Of a stretch of 64,000 nt of DNA, positions 12,521 through 28,200 are shown piece after piece. Under the pieces are notes generated by a model. It worked only from the letters and a program-made list of their open reading frames with translations. It was not told the origin of the DNA and did not search any database. Position 1 is the first letter of the stretch, and the number at the start of each line of letters is the position of its first letter. A program made the translations under genes and the position numbers. The DNA lies in NCBI GenBank assembly GCA_964016885.1, contig OZ024745.1, positions 82,770,001-82,834,000 on the forward strand, read 5' to 3'. Origin of the DNA: Eledone cirrhosa (Eukaryota).

Positions 12521-15500
12521 CTTACATAACCCCTTTACCACCATTACAATGGACACTGTAGTCTTACATAACCTGTTTACCACCATTACAGTAGACAATG
12601 TAGTCTTACATAATCCCTTTAACACCATTACAGGGGACAATGTAGTCTTACATAACCCCTTTTACCACCATTACAGTGGACAATGTAGTCTTACATAACC
12701 CCTTTACCACCATTACACTGGACAATGTAGTCTTACATAACCCCTTTATCACCATTACAGTGGACAATGTAGCCTTACATAACCCCTTTACCATAATTAC
12801 AGTGGGTAATGTAGTCTTACATAACCCCTTTACTACCATTACAGTGGAAAATGTAATCTTACATAACCCCTTCATCACGATTACAGTGGACAATGTAGCC
12901 TTACATAACCCCTTTACCACTATTACAGTGGACAATGTAGTCTTACATAACCCCTTTACCACCATTACAGTGGACAGTGTAGTCTTACATAACCCCTTTA
13001 CCACCATTACAGTGGACAATGTAGTCTTACATATCCTCTTTACCACCATTACAGTAGACAATGTAGTCTTACATAACCCCTTTACCACCATTACAGTGGA
13101 CAATGTAGTCTTACATAACCCCTTTACCACCATTACAGTGGACAATGTAGTCTTACATAACCCCTTTACCACCATTACAGTGGACAATTTTGTCTTACAT
13201 ACCCCCCTTACCACCATTACAGTGGACAGTGTTGCCTTACATAACCCCTTTTCCACCATTACAGTGGACAATGTAGACTTACATAACCACTTTATCACCA
13301 TTACAGTGGACAATGTAGTCTTACATAACCCCTTTACCACCATTACAGTGGACAATGTAGTCTTACATAACCCCTTTACCACCATTACAGTGGACAATGT
13401 AGTCTTACATAACCCCTTTACCACCATTACAGTGGACAATGTAGTCTTACATAACCCATTTACCACCATTACAGTGGACAATGTAGTCTTACATAACCCC
13501 TTTACCACTATTACAGTGGACAATGTAGTCTTACATAACCCCTTTATCACCATTACGGTGGACAATGTAGTCTTACATAACCCCTTTACCACCATTACAG
13601 TGGACAATGTAGTCTTACATAACCCCTTTACCACCATTACAGTGGACAATGTAGTCTTACATAACCCCTTTACCACCATTACAGTGGACAATTTTGTCTT
13701 ACATAACCCCTTTACCACCATTACAGTGGACAGTGTAGTCTTACATAACCCCTTTACCACCATTACAGTGGACAGTGTAGCCTTACATAACCCCTTTACC
13801 ACCATTACAGTGGACAATGTAGTCTTACATAACCCCTTTACCACCATTACAGTGGACAATTTTGTCTTACATAACCCCTTTACAACCATTACAGTAGACA
13901 ATGTAGCCTTACATAACCCCTTTACAACCATTACAGTGGACAGTGTAGCCTTACATAACCCCTTTACCACCATTACAGTGGACAATGTAGTCTTACATAA
14001 CCCCTTTACCACCATTACAGTGGACAATGTAGCCATACATAACCCCTTTACCACCATTAGAGTTTACAATGTAGTCTAATATAACCACTTTACCACCATT
14101 ACAGTTGACAATGTAATCTTACGTAACCCCTTTACCACCATTAAAGTAGACAATGTAGTCTTACATAACCCCTCTACCACCATTACAGTGGGTAACGTAG
14201 TCTTACATAACCCCTTTACCACCATTAAAGTGGACAATGTAGTCTTACATAACCCCTTAACCACCATTACAGTGGACAATTTTGTCTTACATAACCCCTT
14301 TACCACCATTACAGTGGACAGTGTAGCCTTACATAACCCCTTTACCACCATTACAGTGGACAATGTAGCCTTACATAACCCCTTTGCCACCATTACAGTG
14401 GACAATGTAGTCTTACATAACCCCTTTACCACCATTACAGTGGACAATGTAGTCTTACATAGCCCCTTTACCACCATTACAGTGGACAATGTAGTCTTAC
14501 ATAACCCCTTTACCACCATTACAGTGGACAATGTAGTCTTACATAGCCCCTTTACCACCATTACAGTGGACAATGTAGTCTTACATAACACATTTACCAC
14601 CATTACAGTGAACAATGTAGCCTTACATAACCCCTTTACCACCGTTACAGTGGACAATGTAGTCTTACATAACCCCTTTACCTCCATTATAGTGGACAAT
14701 GTAGCCTTACATAACCCCTTTACCACCATTACAGTGGACAGTGTAGCCTTACATAACCCCTTTACCACCAATACAGTGGACAGTGTAGCCTTACATAACC
14801 CCACTACCACCATTACAGTGGGTAATGTAGTCTTACATAACCTCTTTACCACCATTACAGTGGACAATGTAGTCTTACATAACCCCTCTACCACCATTAC
14901 AGTGGACAATGTAGTCTTACATAACCCCTTTACCACCATTACAGTGGAAATGTAGTCTTACATTACCCCTTTACCACCATTACAGTGGACAATGTAGCCT
15001 TACATAACCCCTTTACAACCATTACAGTGGACAGTGTAGCCTTACATAACCCCTTTACTACCATTACAGTGGACAATGTAGTCTTACATAACCCCTTTAC
15101 CACCATTACAGTTGACAATGTAGTCTTACATAACCCCTTTACCACCATTACAGTTGACAATGTAATCTTACATAACCCCTTTACCACCATTACAGTGGAC
15201 AGTGTAGCCTTACATAACCCCTCTACCACCATTACAGTGGGTAATGTAGTCTTACATAACCCCTTTACCACCATTACAGTGGACAATGTAGTCTTACATA
15301 ACCACTTTACCACCATTACAGTGGACAATGTAGTCTTACATAACCCCTTTACCACCATTACAGTGCACAATGTAGCCTTACATAACCCCTTTACCACCAT
15401 TACAGTTGACAATGTAGTCTTACATAACCCCTTTACCACCATTACAGTGGACAGTGTAGCCTTACATAATCCCTTTACCACCATTAAAGTGGACAATGTA

Positions 15501-18500
15501 GTCTTACATAACTCCTTTACCACCATTACAGTGGACAATGTAGCCTTACTTAAACCCTTTACAACCATTACAGTTGACAATGTGGTCTTACATAACCCCT
15601 TTACCACCATTACAGTGGACAATGTAGTCTTACATAACCCCTTTACCACCATTACAGTGGACAATGTAGTCTTACATAACCCCTTTACCACCATTACAGT
15701 GGACAGTGTAGCCTTACATAACCCCTTTACCACCATTACAGTGGACAATGTAGTCTTACATAACCCCTTTACCACCATTACAGTGGACAATGTAGCCTTA
15801 CATAACCCCTTTACCACCATTACAGTGGACAATGTAGCCTTACATAACGCCTTTACCACCATTACAGTGGACAATGTAGTCTTACATAACCCCTTTACCA
15901 CCATTACAGTTGACAATGTAATCTTACATAACCCCTTTATCACCATTACAGTGGACAGTGTAGCCTTACATAACCCCTTTACCACCATTACAGTGGACAG
16001 TGTAGCCTTACATAACCCCCTACCACCATTACAGTGGGTAATGTAGTCGTTCATAACCCCTTTACCACCATTACAGTGGACAATGTAGTCTTACATAACC
16101 CCTCTACCACCATTACAGGGGACAATGTTGTCTTACATAACCCCTTTACCACCATTACAGTGGACAATGTAGTCTTACATTACCCCTTTACCACCATTAC
16201 AGTGGACAATGTAGCCTTATATAACCCCTTTACAACCATTACAGTGGACAGTGTAGCCTTACATAACCCCTTTACCACCATTACAGTGGACAATGTGGTC
16301 TTACATAACCCCTTTACCACCATTACAGTTGACAATGTAGTCTTACATAACCCCTTTACCACCATTACAGTGGACAGTGTAGCCTTACATAACCCCTTTA
16401 CCAGCATTACAGTGGACAGTGTAGCCTTACATAACCCCTCTATCACCATTACAGTGGGTAATGTAGTCTTACATAACCCCTTTACCACCATTACAGTGGA
16501 CAATGTAGACTTACATAACCCCTTTACCACCATTACAGTGGACAATGTAGTCTTACATAACCCCTTTACCACCATTACAGTGGACAATGTAGTCTTACAT
16601 AACCCATTTACCACCATTACAGTGGACAATGTAGTCTTACATAACCCCTTTACCACCATTACAGTGGACAATGTAGTCTTACATAACCCCTTTATCACCA
16701 TTACAGTGGACAATGTAGTCTTACATAACCCCTTTACCACCATTACAGTGGACAATGTAGTCTTACATAACCCCTTTACCACCATTACAGTGGACAATGT
16801 AGACTTACATAACCCCTTTACCACCATTACAGTGGACAATGTAGTCTTACATAACCCCTTTACCACCATTACAGTGGACAATGTAGTCTTACATAACCCC
16901 AATACCACCATTACAGTGGACAATGTAGTCTTACATATCCCCTTTACCACCATTACAGTGGACAATTGTGTCTTACATAACCCCATTACAACCATTACAG
17001 TAGACAATGTAGCCTTACATAACCCCTTTACAACCATTACAGTGGACAGTGTAGCCTTACATAACCCCTTTACCACCATTACAGTGGACAATGTAGTCTT
17101 ACATAACCCCTTTACCACCATTACAGTGGACAATGTAGCCTTACATAACCCCTTTACCACCATTACAGTGGACAGTGTAGCCTTACATAACCCCTTTACC
17201 ACCATTACAATGGACAATGTAGTCTTACATAACCCCTTTACCACCATTACAGTTGACAATGTAGTCTTACATAACCCCTTTACCACCATTACAGTTGACA
17301 ATGTAATCTTACATAACCCCTTTACCACCATTACAGTGGACAGTGTAGCCTTACATAACCCCTCTACCACCATTACAGTGGGTAATGTAGTCTTACATAA
17401 CCCCTTTACCACCATTACAGTGGACAATGTACTCTTACATAACCCCTCTACCATCATTACAGTGGACAATGTAGTCTTACATAACCCCTTTACCACCATT
17501 ACAGTGGACAATGTAGTCTTACATAACCCCTTTACCACCATTACAGTGGACAATGTAGCCTTACATAACCCCTTTACAACCATTACAGTGGACAGTGTAG
17601 CCTTACATAACCCCTTTACCACCATTACAGTGGACAATGTAGTCTTACATAACCCCTTAACCACCATTACAGTTGACAATGTAGTCTTACATAACCCCTT
17701 CACCACCATTACAGTGGACAGTGTAGCCTTACATAACCCCTTTACCACCATTACAGTGGACAGTGTAGCCTTACATAACCCCTTTACCACCATTACAGTG
17801 GACAATGTAGTCTTACATAACCCCTTTACCACCATTACAGTGGACAATGTAGCCTTACATAACCCCTTTACAACCATTACAGTGGACAGTGTAGCCTTAC
17901 ATAACCCCTTTACCACCATTACAGTGGACAATGTAGTCTTACATAACCCCTTACCACCATTACAGTTTACAATGTAGTCTTACATAACCCCTTTACCACC
18001 ATTACAGTTGACAATGTAATCTTACATAACCCCTTTACCACCATTACAGTGGACAGTGTAGCCTTACATAACCCCTTTACCACCATTACAGTGGACAGTG
18101 TAGCCTTACATAACCATCTACCACCATTACAGTGGGTAATGTAGTCTTACATAACCCCTTTACCACCATTACAGTGGACAATTTTGTCTTACATAACCCC
18201 TCTACCACCATTACAGTGGACAATGTCGTCTTACATAACCCCTTTACCACCATTACAGTGGACAACGTAGTCTTACATAACCCCTTTACCACCATTACAG
18301 TGGACAATGTAGTCTTACATAACCCCTTTACCACCATTACAGTAGACAATGTAGCCTTACATAACCCCTTTACCACCATTACAGTGGACAACGTAGTCTT
18401 ACATAACCCCTTTACCACCATTACAGTGGACTATGTAGTCTTACATAACCCCTTTACCACCATTACAGTGGACAATGTAGCCTTACATAACCCCTTTACC

Positions 18501-21500
18501 ACCATTACGGTGGACAGTGTAGCCTTACATAACCCCTTTACCACCATTACAGTGGACAATGTAGTCTTACATAACCCCTTTACCACCATTACAGTGGACA
18601 ATTTTGTCTTACATAACCCCTTTACAACCATTACAGTAGACAATGTAGCCTTACATAACCCCTTTACAACCATTACAGTGGACAGTGTAGCCTTACATAA
18701 CCCCTTTACCACCATTACAGTGGACAATGTAGTCTTACATAACCCCTTTACCACCATTACAGTGGACAATGTAGCCATACATAACCCCTTTACCACCATT
18801 AGAGTTTACAATGTAGTCTAATATAACCACTTTACCACCATTCAGTTGACAATGTAATCTTACGTAACCCCTTTACCACCATTAAAGTAGACAATGTAGT
18901 CTTACATAACCCCTCTACCACCATTACAGTGGGTAACGTAGTCTTACATAACCCCTTTACCACCATTAAAGTGGACAATGTAGTCTTACATAACCCCTTA
19001 ACCACCATTACAGTGGACAATTTTGTCTTACATAACCCCTTTACCACCATTACAGTGGACAGTGTAGCCTTACATAACCCCTTTACCACCATTACAGTGG
19101 ACAATGTAGCCTTACATAACCCCTTTACCACCATTACAGTTGACAATGTAGTCTTACATAACGCCTTTACCACCATTACAGTGGACAATGTAGTCTTACA
19201 TAACCCCTTTATCACCATTACAGTGGACAATGTAGTCTTACATAACCCCTTTACCACCATTACAGTGGACAATGTAGTCTTACATAACCCCTTTACGACC
19301 ATTACAGTGGACAATGTAGTCTTACATAACCCCTTTACCACCATTACAGTGGAGAATGTAGTCTTACATAACCGCTTTACCACCATTACAGTGGAAAATG
19401 TAGTCTTAGATAACCCCTTTACCACCATTACAGTGGACAATGTAGCCTTACATAACCCCTTTACCACCATTACAGTGGACAATGTAGTCTTACATAACCC
19501 CTTTACCACCATTACAGTGGACAATTTTGTCTTACATAGTCCTTTTACCACCATTACAGTGGACAGTGTAGCCTTACATAACCCCTTTACCACCATTACA
19601 GTGGACAATGTAGTCTTACATAACCCCTTTACCACCATTACAGTGGACAATGTAGTCTTACATAACCCCTTTACCACCATTACAGTGGACAATGTAGTCT
19701 TACATAACCCCTTTACCACCATTACAGTGGACAATGTAGTCTTATATAACCCCTTTACCACCATTACAGTGGACAATGTAGCCTTACATAACCCCTTTAC
19801 CACCAATACAGTGGACAATGTAGTCTTACATAACCCCTTTACCACCATTACAGTGGACAATTTTGTCTTACATAACCCCTTTACAACCATTACAGTAGAC
19901 AATGTAGCCTTACATAACCACTTTACCACCATTACAGTTGACAATGTAATCTTACGTAACCCCTTTACCACCATTACAGTGGACAGTGTAGCCTTTCATA
20001 ATCTCTTTACCACCATTAAAGTAGACAATGTAGTCTTACATAACCCCTCTACCACCATTACAGTGGGTAACGTAGTCTTACATAACCCCTTTACCACCAT
20101 TAAAGTGGACAATGTAGTCTTACATAACCCCTTAACCACCATTACAGTGGACAATTTTGTCTTACATAACCCCTTTACCACCATTACAGTGGACAGTGTA
20201 GCCTTACATAACCCCTTTACCACCATTACAGTGGACAATGTAGCCTTACATAAACCCTTTACCACCATTAGAGTTGACAATGTAGTCTTACATAACGCCT
20301 TTACCACCATTACAGTGGACAATGTAGTCTTACATAACCCCTTTATCACCATTACAGTGGACAATGTAGTCTTACATAACCCCTTTACCACCATTACAGT
20401 GGACAATGTAGTTTTACATAACCCCTTTACCACCATTACAGTGGACAATGTAGTCTTACATAACCCCTTTACCACCATTACAGTGGACAATGTAGTCTTA
20501 CATAACCCCTTTACCACCATTACAGTGGAAAATGTAGTCTTAGATAACCCCTTTACCACCATTACAGTGGACAATTTTGTCTTACATAACCCCTTTACCA
20601 CCATTACAGTGGACAATGTAGTCTTACATAACCCCTTTACCACCATTACAGTGGACAATGTAGTCTTACATAACCCCTTTACCACCATTACAGTGGACAA
20701 TGTAGTCTTATATAACCCAATTACCACCATTACAGTGGACAATGTAGCCTTACATAACCCCTTTACCACCAATACAGTGGACAATGTAGTCTTACATAAC
20801 CCCTTTACCACCATTACAGTGGACAATTTTGTCTTACATAACCCCTTTACAACCATTACAGTAGACAATGTAGCCTTACATAACCTCTTTACAACCATTA
20901 CAGTGGACAGTGTAGCCTTACATAACGCCTTTACCACCATTACAGTGGACAATGTAGTCTTACATAACCCCTTTACCACCATTACAGTGGACAATGTAGT
21001 CTTACATAACCCCTTTACCACCATTACAGTGGACAATTTTGTCTTACATAACCCCTTTACAACCATTACAGTAGACAATGTAGCCTTACATAACCCCTTT
21101 ACAACCATTACAGTGGACAGTGTAGCCTTACATAACCCCTTTACCACCATTACAGTGGACAATGTAGTCTTACATAACCCCTTTACCACCATTACAGTGG
21201 ACAGTGTAGCCTTACATAACCCCTTTACCACCATTGCAGTGGACAGTGTAGCCTTACATAACCCCTTTACCACCATTACAGTGGACAATGTAGTCTTACA
21301 TAACCCCTTTACCACCATTACAGTGGACAATGTAGTCTTACATAACCCCTTTACCACCATTACAGTGGACAATGTAGTCTTACATAACCCCTTTACCACC
21401 ATTACAGTGGACAGTGTAGCCTTACATAACCCCTTTACCACCATTACAGTGGACAATGTAGTCTTACATAACCCCTTTACCACAATTACAGTGGACAATG

Positions 21501-22284
21501 TAGCCTTACATAACCCCTTTACCACCATTACAGTGGACAGTGTAGCCTTACATAACGCCTTTACCACCATTACAGTGGACAATGTAGTCTTACATAACCC
21601 CTTTACCACCATTACAGTTGACAATGTAGTCTTACATAACCCCTTTACCACCATTACAGTTGACAATGTAATCTTACATAACCCCTTTACCACCATTACA
21701 GTGGACAGTGTAGCCTTACATAACCCCTTTACCACCATTACAGTGGACAGTGTAGCCTTACATAACCCCTCTACCACCATTACAGTGGGTAATGTAGTCT
21801 TACATAACCCCTTTACCACCATTACAGTGGACAATGTAGTCTTACATAACCCCTCTACCACCATTACAGTGGACAATGTAGCCTTACATAACTCCTTTAC
21901 CACCATTACAGTGGACAGTGTAGCCTTACATAACGCCTTTACCACCATTACAGTGGACAATGTAGTCTTACATAACCCCTTTACCACCATTACAGTTGAC
22001 AATGTAGTCTTACATAACCCCTTTACCATCATTACAGTTGACAATGTAATCTTACATAACCCCTTTACCACCATTACAGTGGACAATGTAGTCTTACATA
22101 ACCCCTTTACCACCATTACAGTGGACAATGTAGCCTTACATAACCTCCTTACCACCATTACAGTGGGTAATGTAGTCTTACATAACCCCTCTACCACATT
22201 TCAGTGGGTAATGTAGCCTTACATAACCCCTTTACCACCATTACAGTGGACAATGTACTCTTACATAACCCCTTTACCACCATT

Positions 22285-25140
22285 ACAATGGACACTGTAG
22301 TCTTACATAACCTGTTTAGCACCATTACAGTAGACAATGTAGTCTTACATAATCCCTTTAACACCATTACAGGGGACAATGTAGTCTTACATAACCCCTT
22401 TTACCACCATTACAGTGGACAATGTAGTCTTACATAACCCCTTTACCACCATTACACTGGACAATGTAGTCTTACATAACCCCTTTATCACCATTACAGT
22501 GGACAATGTAGCCTTACATAACCCCTTTACCATAATTACAGTGGGTAATGTAGTCTTACATAACCCCTTTACTACCATTACAGTGGAAAATGTAATCTTA
22601 CATAACCCCTTCATCACGATTACAGTGGACAATGTAGCCTTACATAACCCCTTTACCACTATTACAGTGGACAATGTAGTCTTACATAACCCCTTTACCA
22701 CCATTACAGTGGACAGTGTAGTCTTACATAACCCCTTTACCACCACTACAGTGGACAATGTAGTCTTACATAACCCCTTTATCACCATTACAGTGGACAA
22801 TGTAGCCTTACATAACCCATTTACCACCATTACAGTTGACAATGTAGTCTTACATAACCCCTTTACCACCATTACAGTGGACAATGTAGTCTTACATAAC
22901 CCCTTTACCACCATTACAGTGGACAATGTAGTCTTACATAACCCCTTTACCACCATTACAGTGGACAATTTTGTCTTACATACCCCCTTTACCATCATTA
23001 CAGTGGACAGTGTTGCCTTACATAACCCCTTTTCCACCATTACAGTGGACAATGTAGACTTACATAACCACTTTATCACCATTACAGTGGACAATGTAGT
23101 CTTACATAACCCCTTTACCACCATTACAGTGGACAATGTAGTCTTACATAACCCCTTTACCACCATTACAGTGGACAATGTAGTCTTACATAACCCCTTT
23201 ACCACCATTACAGTGGACAATGTAGTCTTACATAACCCCTTTACCACCATTACAGTGGACAATGTAGTCTTACATAACCCCTTTATCACCATTACGGTGG
23301 ACAATGTAGTCTTACATAACCCCTTTACCACCATTACAGTGGACAATGTAGTCTTACATAACCCCTTTACCACCATTACAGTGGACAATGTAGTCTTACA
23401 TAACCCCTTTACCACCATTAGAGTGGACAATTTTGTCTTACATAACCCCTTTACCACCATTACAGTGGACAGTGTAGTCTTACATAACCCCTTTACCACC
23501 ATTACAGTGGACAGTGTAGCCTTACATAACCCCTTTACCACCATTACAGTGGACAATGTAGTCTTACATAACCCCTTTACCACCATTACAGTGGACAATT
23601 TTGTCTTACATAACCCCTTTACAACCATTACAGTAGACAATGTAGCCTTACATAACCCCTTTACAACCATTACAGTGGACAGTGTAGCCTTACATAACCC
23701 CTTTACCACCATTACAATGGACACTGTAGTCTTACATAACCTGTTTAGCACCATTACAGTAGACAATGTAGTCTTACATAATCCCTTTAACACCATTACA
23801 GGGGACAATGTAGTCTTACATAACCCCTTTTACCACCATTACAGTGGACAATGTAGTCTTACATAACCCCTTTACCACCATTACACTGGACAATGTAGTC
23901 TTACATAACCCCTTTATCACCATTACAGTGGACAATGTAGCCTTACATAACCCCTTTACCATAATTACAGTGGGTAATGTAGTCTTACATAACCCCTTTA
24001 CTACCATTACAGTGGAAAATGTAATCTTACATAACCCCTTCATCACGATTACAGTGGACAATGTAGCCTTACATAACCCCTTTACCACTATTACAGTGGA
24101 CAATGTAGTCTTACATAACCCCTTTACCACCATTACAGTGGACAGTGTAGTCTTACATAACCCCTTTACCACCACTACAGTGGACAATGTAGTCTTACAT
24201 AACCCCTTTATCACCATTACAGTGGACAATGTAGCCTTACATAACCCATTTACCACCATTACAGTTGACAATGTAGTCTTACATAACCCCTTTACCACCA
24301 TTACAGTGGACAATGTAGTCTTACATAACCCCTTTACCACCATTACAGTGGACAATGTAGTCTTACATAACCCCTTTACCACCATTACAGTGGACAATTT
24401 TGTCTTACATACCCCCTTTACCACCATTACAGTGGACAGTGTTGCCTTACATAACCCCTTTTCCACCATTACAGTGGACAATGTAGACTTACATAACCAC
24501 TTTATCACCATTACAGTGGACAATGTAGTCTTACATAACCCCTTTACCACCATTACAGTGGACAATGTAGTCTTACATAACCCCTTTACCACCATTACAG
24601 TGGACAATGTAGTCTTACATAACCCCTTTACCACCATTACAGTGGACAATGTAGTCTTACATAACCCCTTTACCACCATTACAGTGGACAATGTAGTCTT
24701 ACATAACCCCTTTATCACCATTACGGTGGACAATGTAGTCTTACATAACCCCTTTACCACCATTACAGTGGACAATGTAGTCTTACATAACCCCTTTACC
24801 ACCATTACAGTGGACAATGTAGTCTTACATAACCCCTTTACCACCATTAGAGTGGACAATTTTGTCTTACATAACCCCTTTACCACCATTACAGTGGACA
24901 GTGTAGTCTTACATAACCCCTTTACCACCATTACAGTGGACAGTGTAGCCTTACATAACCCCTTTACCACCATTACAGTGGACAATGTAGTCTTACATAA
25001 CCCCTTTACCACCATTACAGTGGACAATTTTGTCTTACATAACCCCTTTACAACCATTACAGTAGACAATGTAGCCTTACATAACCCCTTTACAACCATT
25101 ACAGTGGACAGTGTAGCCTTACATAACCCCTTTACCACCA
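22285..25140. repeat. Near-identical tandem duplication, period 1429 bp (34 monomers + 1 bp)
   Basis: ACAATGGACACTGTAGTCTTACATAACCTGTTTAGC starts at 22285 and at 23714. ORFs starting at 22415 and 23844 carry an almost identical variant series, and both copies share the +T insertion. Confidence 0.9.
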
Positions 25141-25247
25141 TTACAGTGGACAATGTAGTCTTACATAACCCCTTTACCACCATTACAGTGGACAATGTAG
25201 CCATACATAACCCCTTTACCACCATTAGAGTTTACAATGTAGTCTAA

Positions 25248-28200
25248 TATAACCACTTTACCACCATTACAGTTGACAATGTAATCTTACGTAACCCCTT
25301 TACCACCATTAAAGTAGACAATGTAGTCTTACATAACCCCTCTACCACCATTACAGTGGGTAACGTAGTCTTACATAACCCCTTTACCACCATTAAAGTG
25401 GACAATGTAGTCTTACATAACCCCTTTACCACCATTACAGTGGACAATGTAGTCTTACATAACCCCTTTATGACCATTAGAGTGGACAATGTAGTCTTAC
25501 ATAACCCCTTTACCACCATTACAGTGGAGAATGTAGTCTTACATAACCCCTTTACCACCATTACAGTGGAAAATGTAGTCTTAGATAACCCCTTTACCAC
25601 CATTACAGTGGACAATGTAGCCTTACATAACCCCTTTACCACCATTACAGTGGACAATGTAGTCTTACATAACCCCTTTACCACCATTACAGTGGACAAT
25701 GTAGTCTTACATAGTCCTTTTACCACCATTACAGTGGACAGTGTAGCCTTACATAACCCCTTTACCACCATTACAGTGGACAATGTAGTCTTACATAACC
25801 CCTTTACCACCATTACAGTGGACAATGTAGTCTTACATAACCCCTTTACCACCATTACAGTGGACAATGTAGTCTTACATAACCCCTTTACCACCATTAC
25901 AGTGGACAATGTAGTCTTATATAACCCCTTTACCACCATTACAGTGGACAATGTAGCCTTACATAGCCCCTTTACCACCAATACAGTGGACAATGTAGTC
26001 TTACATAACCCCTTTACCACCATTACAGTGGACAATTTTGTCTTACATAACCCCTTTACAACCATTACAGTAGACAATGTAGCCTTACATAACCTCTTTA
26101 CAACCATTACAGTGGACAGTGTAGCCTTACATAACCCCTTTACCACCATTACAGTGGACAATGTAGTCTTACATAACCCCTTTACCACCATTACAGTGGA
26201 CAATGTAGTCTTACATAACCCCTTTACCACCATTACAGTGGACAATTTTGTCTTACATAACCCCTTTACAACCATTACAGTAGACAATGTAGCCTTACAT
26301 AACCCCTTTACAACCATTACAGTGGACAGTGTAGCCTTACATAACCCCTTTACCACCATTACAGTGGACAATGTAGTCTTACATAACCCCTTTACCAACA
26401 TTACAGTGGACAGTGTAGCCTTACATAACCCCTTTACCACCATTGCAGTGGACAGTGTAGCCTTACATAACCCCTTTACCACCATTACAGTGGACAATGT
26501 AGTCTTACATAACCCCTTTACCACCATTACAGTGGACAATGTAGTCTTACATAACCCCTTTACCACCATTACAGTGGACAATGTAGTCTTACATAACCCC
26601 TTTACCACCATTACAGTGGACAGTGTAGCCTTACATAACCCCTTTACCACCATTACAGTGGACAATGTAGTCTTACATAACCCCTTTACCACCATTACAG
26701 TGGACAATGTAGCCTTACATAACCCCTTTACCACCATTACAGTGGACAGTGTAGCCTTACATAACGCCTTTACCACCATTACAGTGGACAATGTAGTCTT
26801 ACATAACCCCTTTACCACCATTACAGTTGACAATGTAATCTTACATAACCCCTTTATCACCATTACAGTGGACAGTGTAGCCTTACATAACCCCTTTACC
26901 ACCATTACAGTGGACAGTGTAGCCTTACATAACCCCCCTACCACCATTACAGTGGGTAATGTAGTCTTACATAACCCCTTTACCACCATTACAGTGGACA
27001 ATGTAGTCTTACATAACCCCTCTACCACCATTACAGTGGACAATGTTGTCTTACATAACCCCTTTACCACCATTACAGTGGACAATGTAGTCTTACATTA
27101 CCCCTTTACCACCATTACAGTGGACAATGTAGCCTTATATAACCCCTTTACAACCATTACAGTGGACAGTGTAGCCTTACATAACCCCTTTACCACCATT
27201 ACAGTGGACAATGTGGTCTTACATAACCCCTTTACCACCATTACAGTTGACAATGTAGTCTTACATAACCCCTTTACCACCATTACAGATGACAATGTAA
27301 TCTTACATAACCCCTTTACCACCATTACAGTGGACAGTGTAGCCTTACATAACCCCTTTACCAGCATTACAGTGGACAGTGTAGCCTTACATAACCCCTT
27401 TACCACCATTACAGTTGACAATGTAGTCTTACATAACCCCTTTACCACCATTACAGTGGACAATGTAGTCTTACATAACCCATTTACCACCATTACAGTG
27501 GAAAGTGTAGCCTTACATAACCCCTTTACCACCATTACAGTGGACAATGTAGCCTTGCATAACCCCTTTACCACCATTACAGTTGACAATGTAGTCTTAC
27601 ATAACCCCTTTACCACCATTACAGTGGACAATGTAGTCTTACATAACCCATTTACCACCATTACAGTGGACAATGTAGTCTTACATAACCCCTTTACCAC
27701 CATTACAGTGGACAATGTAGTCTTACATAACCCCTTTATCACCATTACAGTGGACAATGTAGTCTTACATAACCCCTTTACCACCATTACAGTGGACAAT
27801 GTAGTCTTACATAACCCCTTTACCACCATTACAGTGGACAATGTAGACTTACATAACCCCTTTACCACCATTACAGTGGACAATGTAGTCTTACATAACC
27901 CCTTTACCACCATTACAGTGGACAATGTAGTCTTACATAACCCCAATACCACCATTACAGTGGACAATGTAGTCTTACATATCCCCTTTACCACCATTAC
28001 AGTGGACAATTTTGTCTTACATAACCCCATTACAACCATTACAGTAGACAATGTAGCCTTACATAACCCCTTTACAACCATTACAGTGGACAGTGTAGCC
28101 TTACATAACCCCTTTACCACCATTACAGTGGACAATGTAGTCTTACATAACCCCTTTACCACCATTACAGTGGACAATGTAGCCTTACATAACCCCTTTA

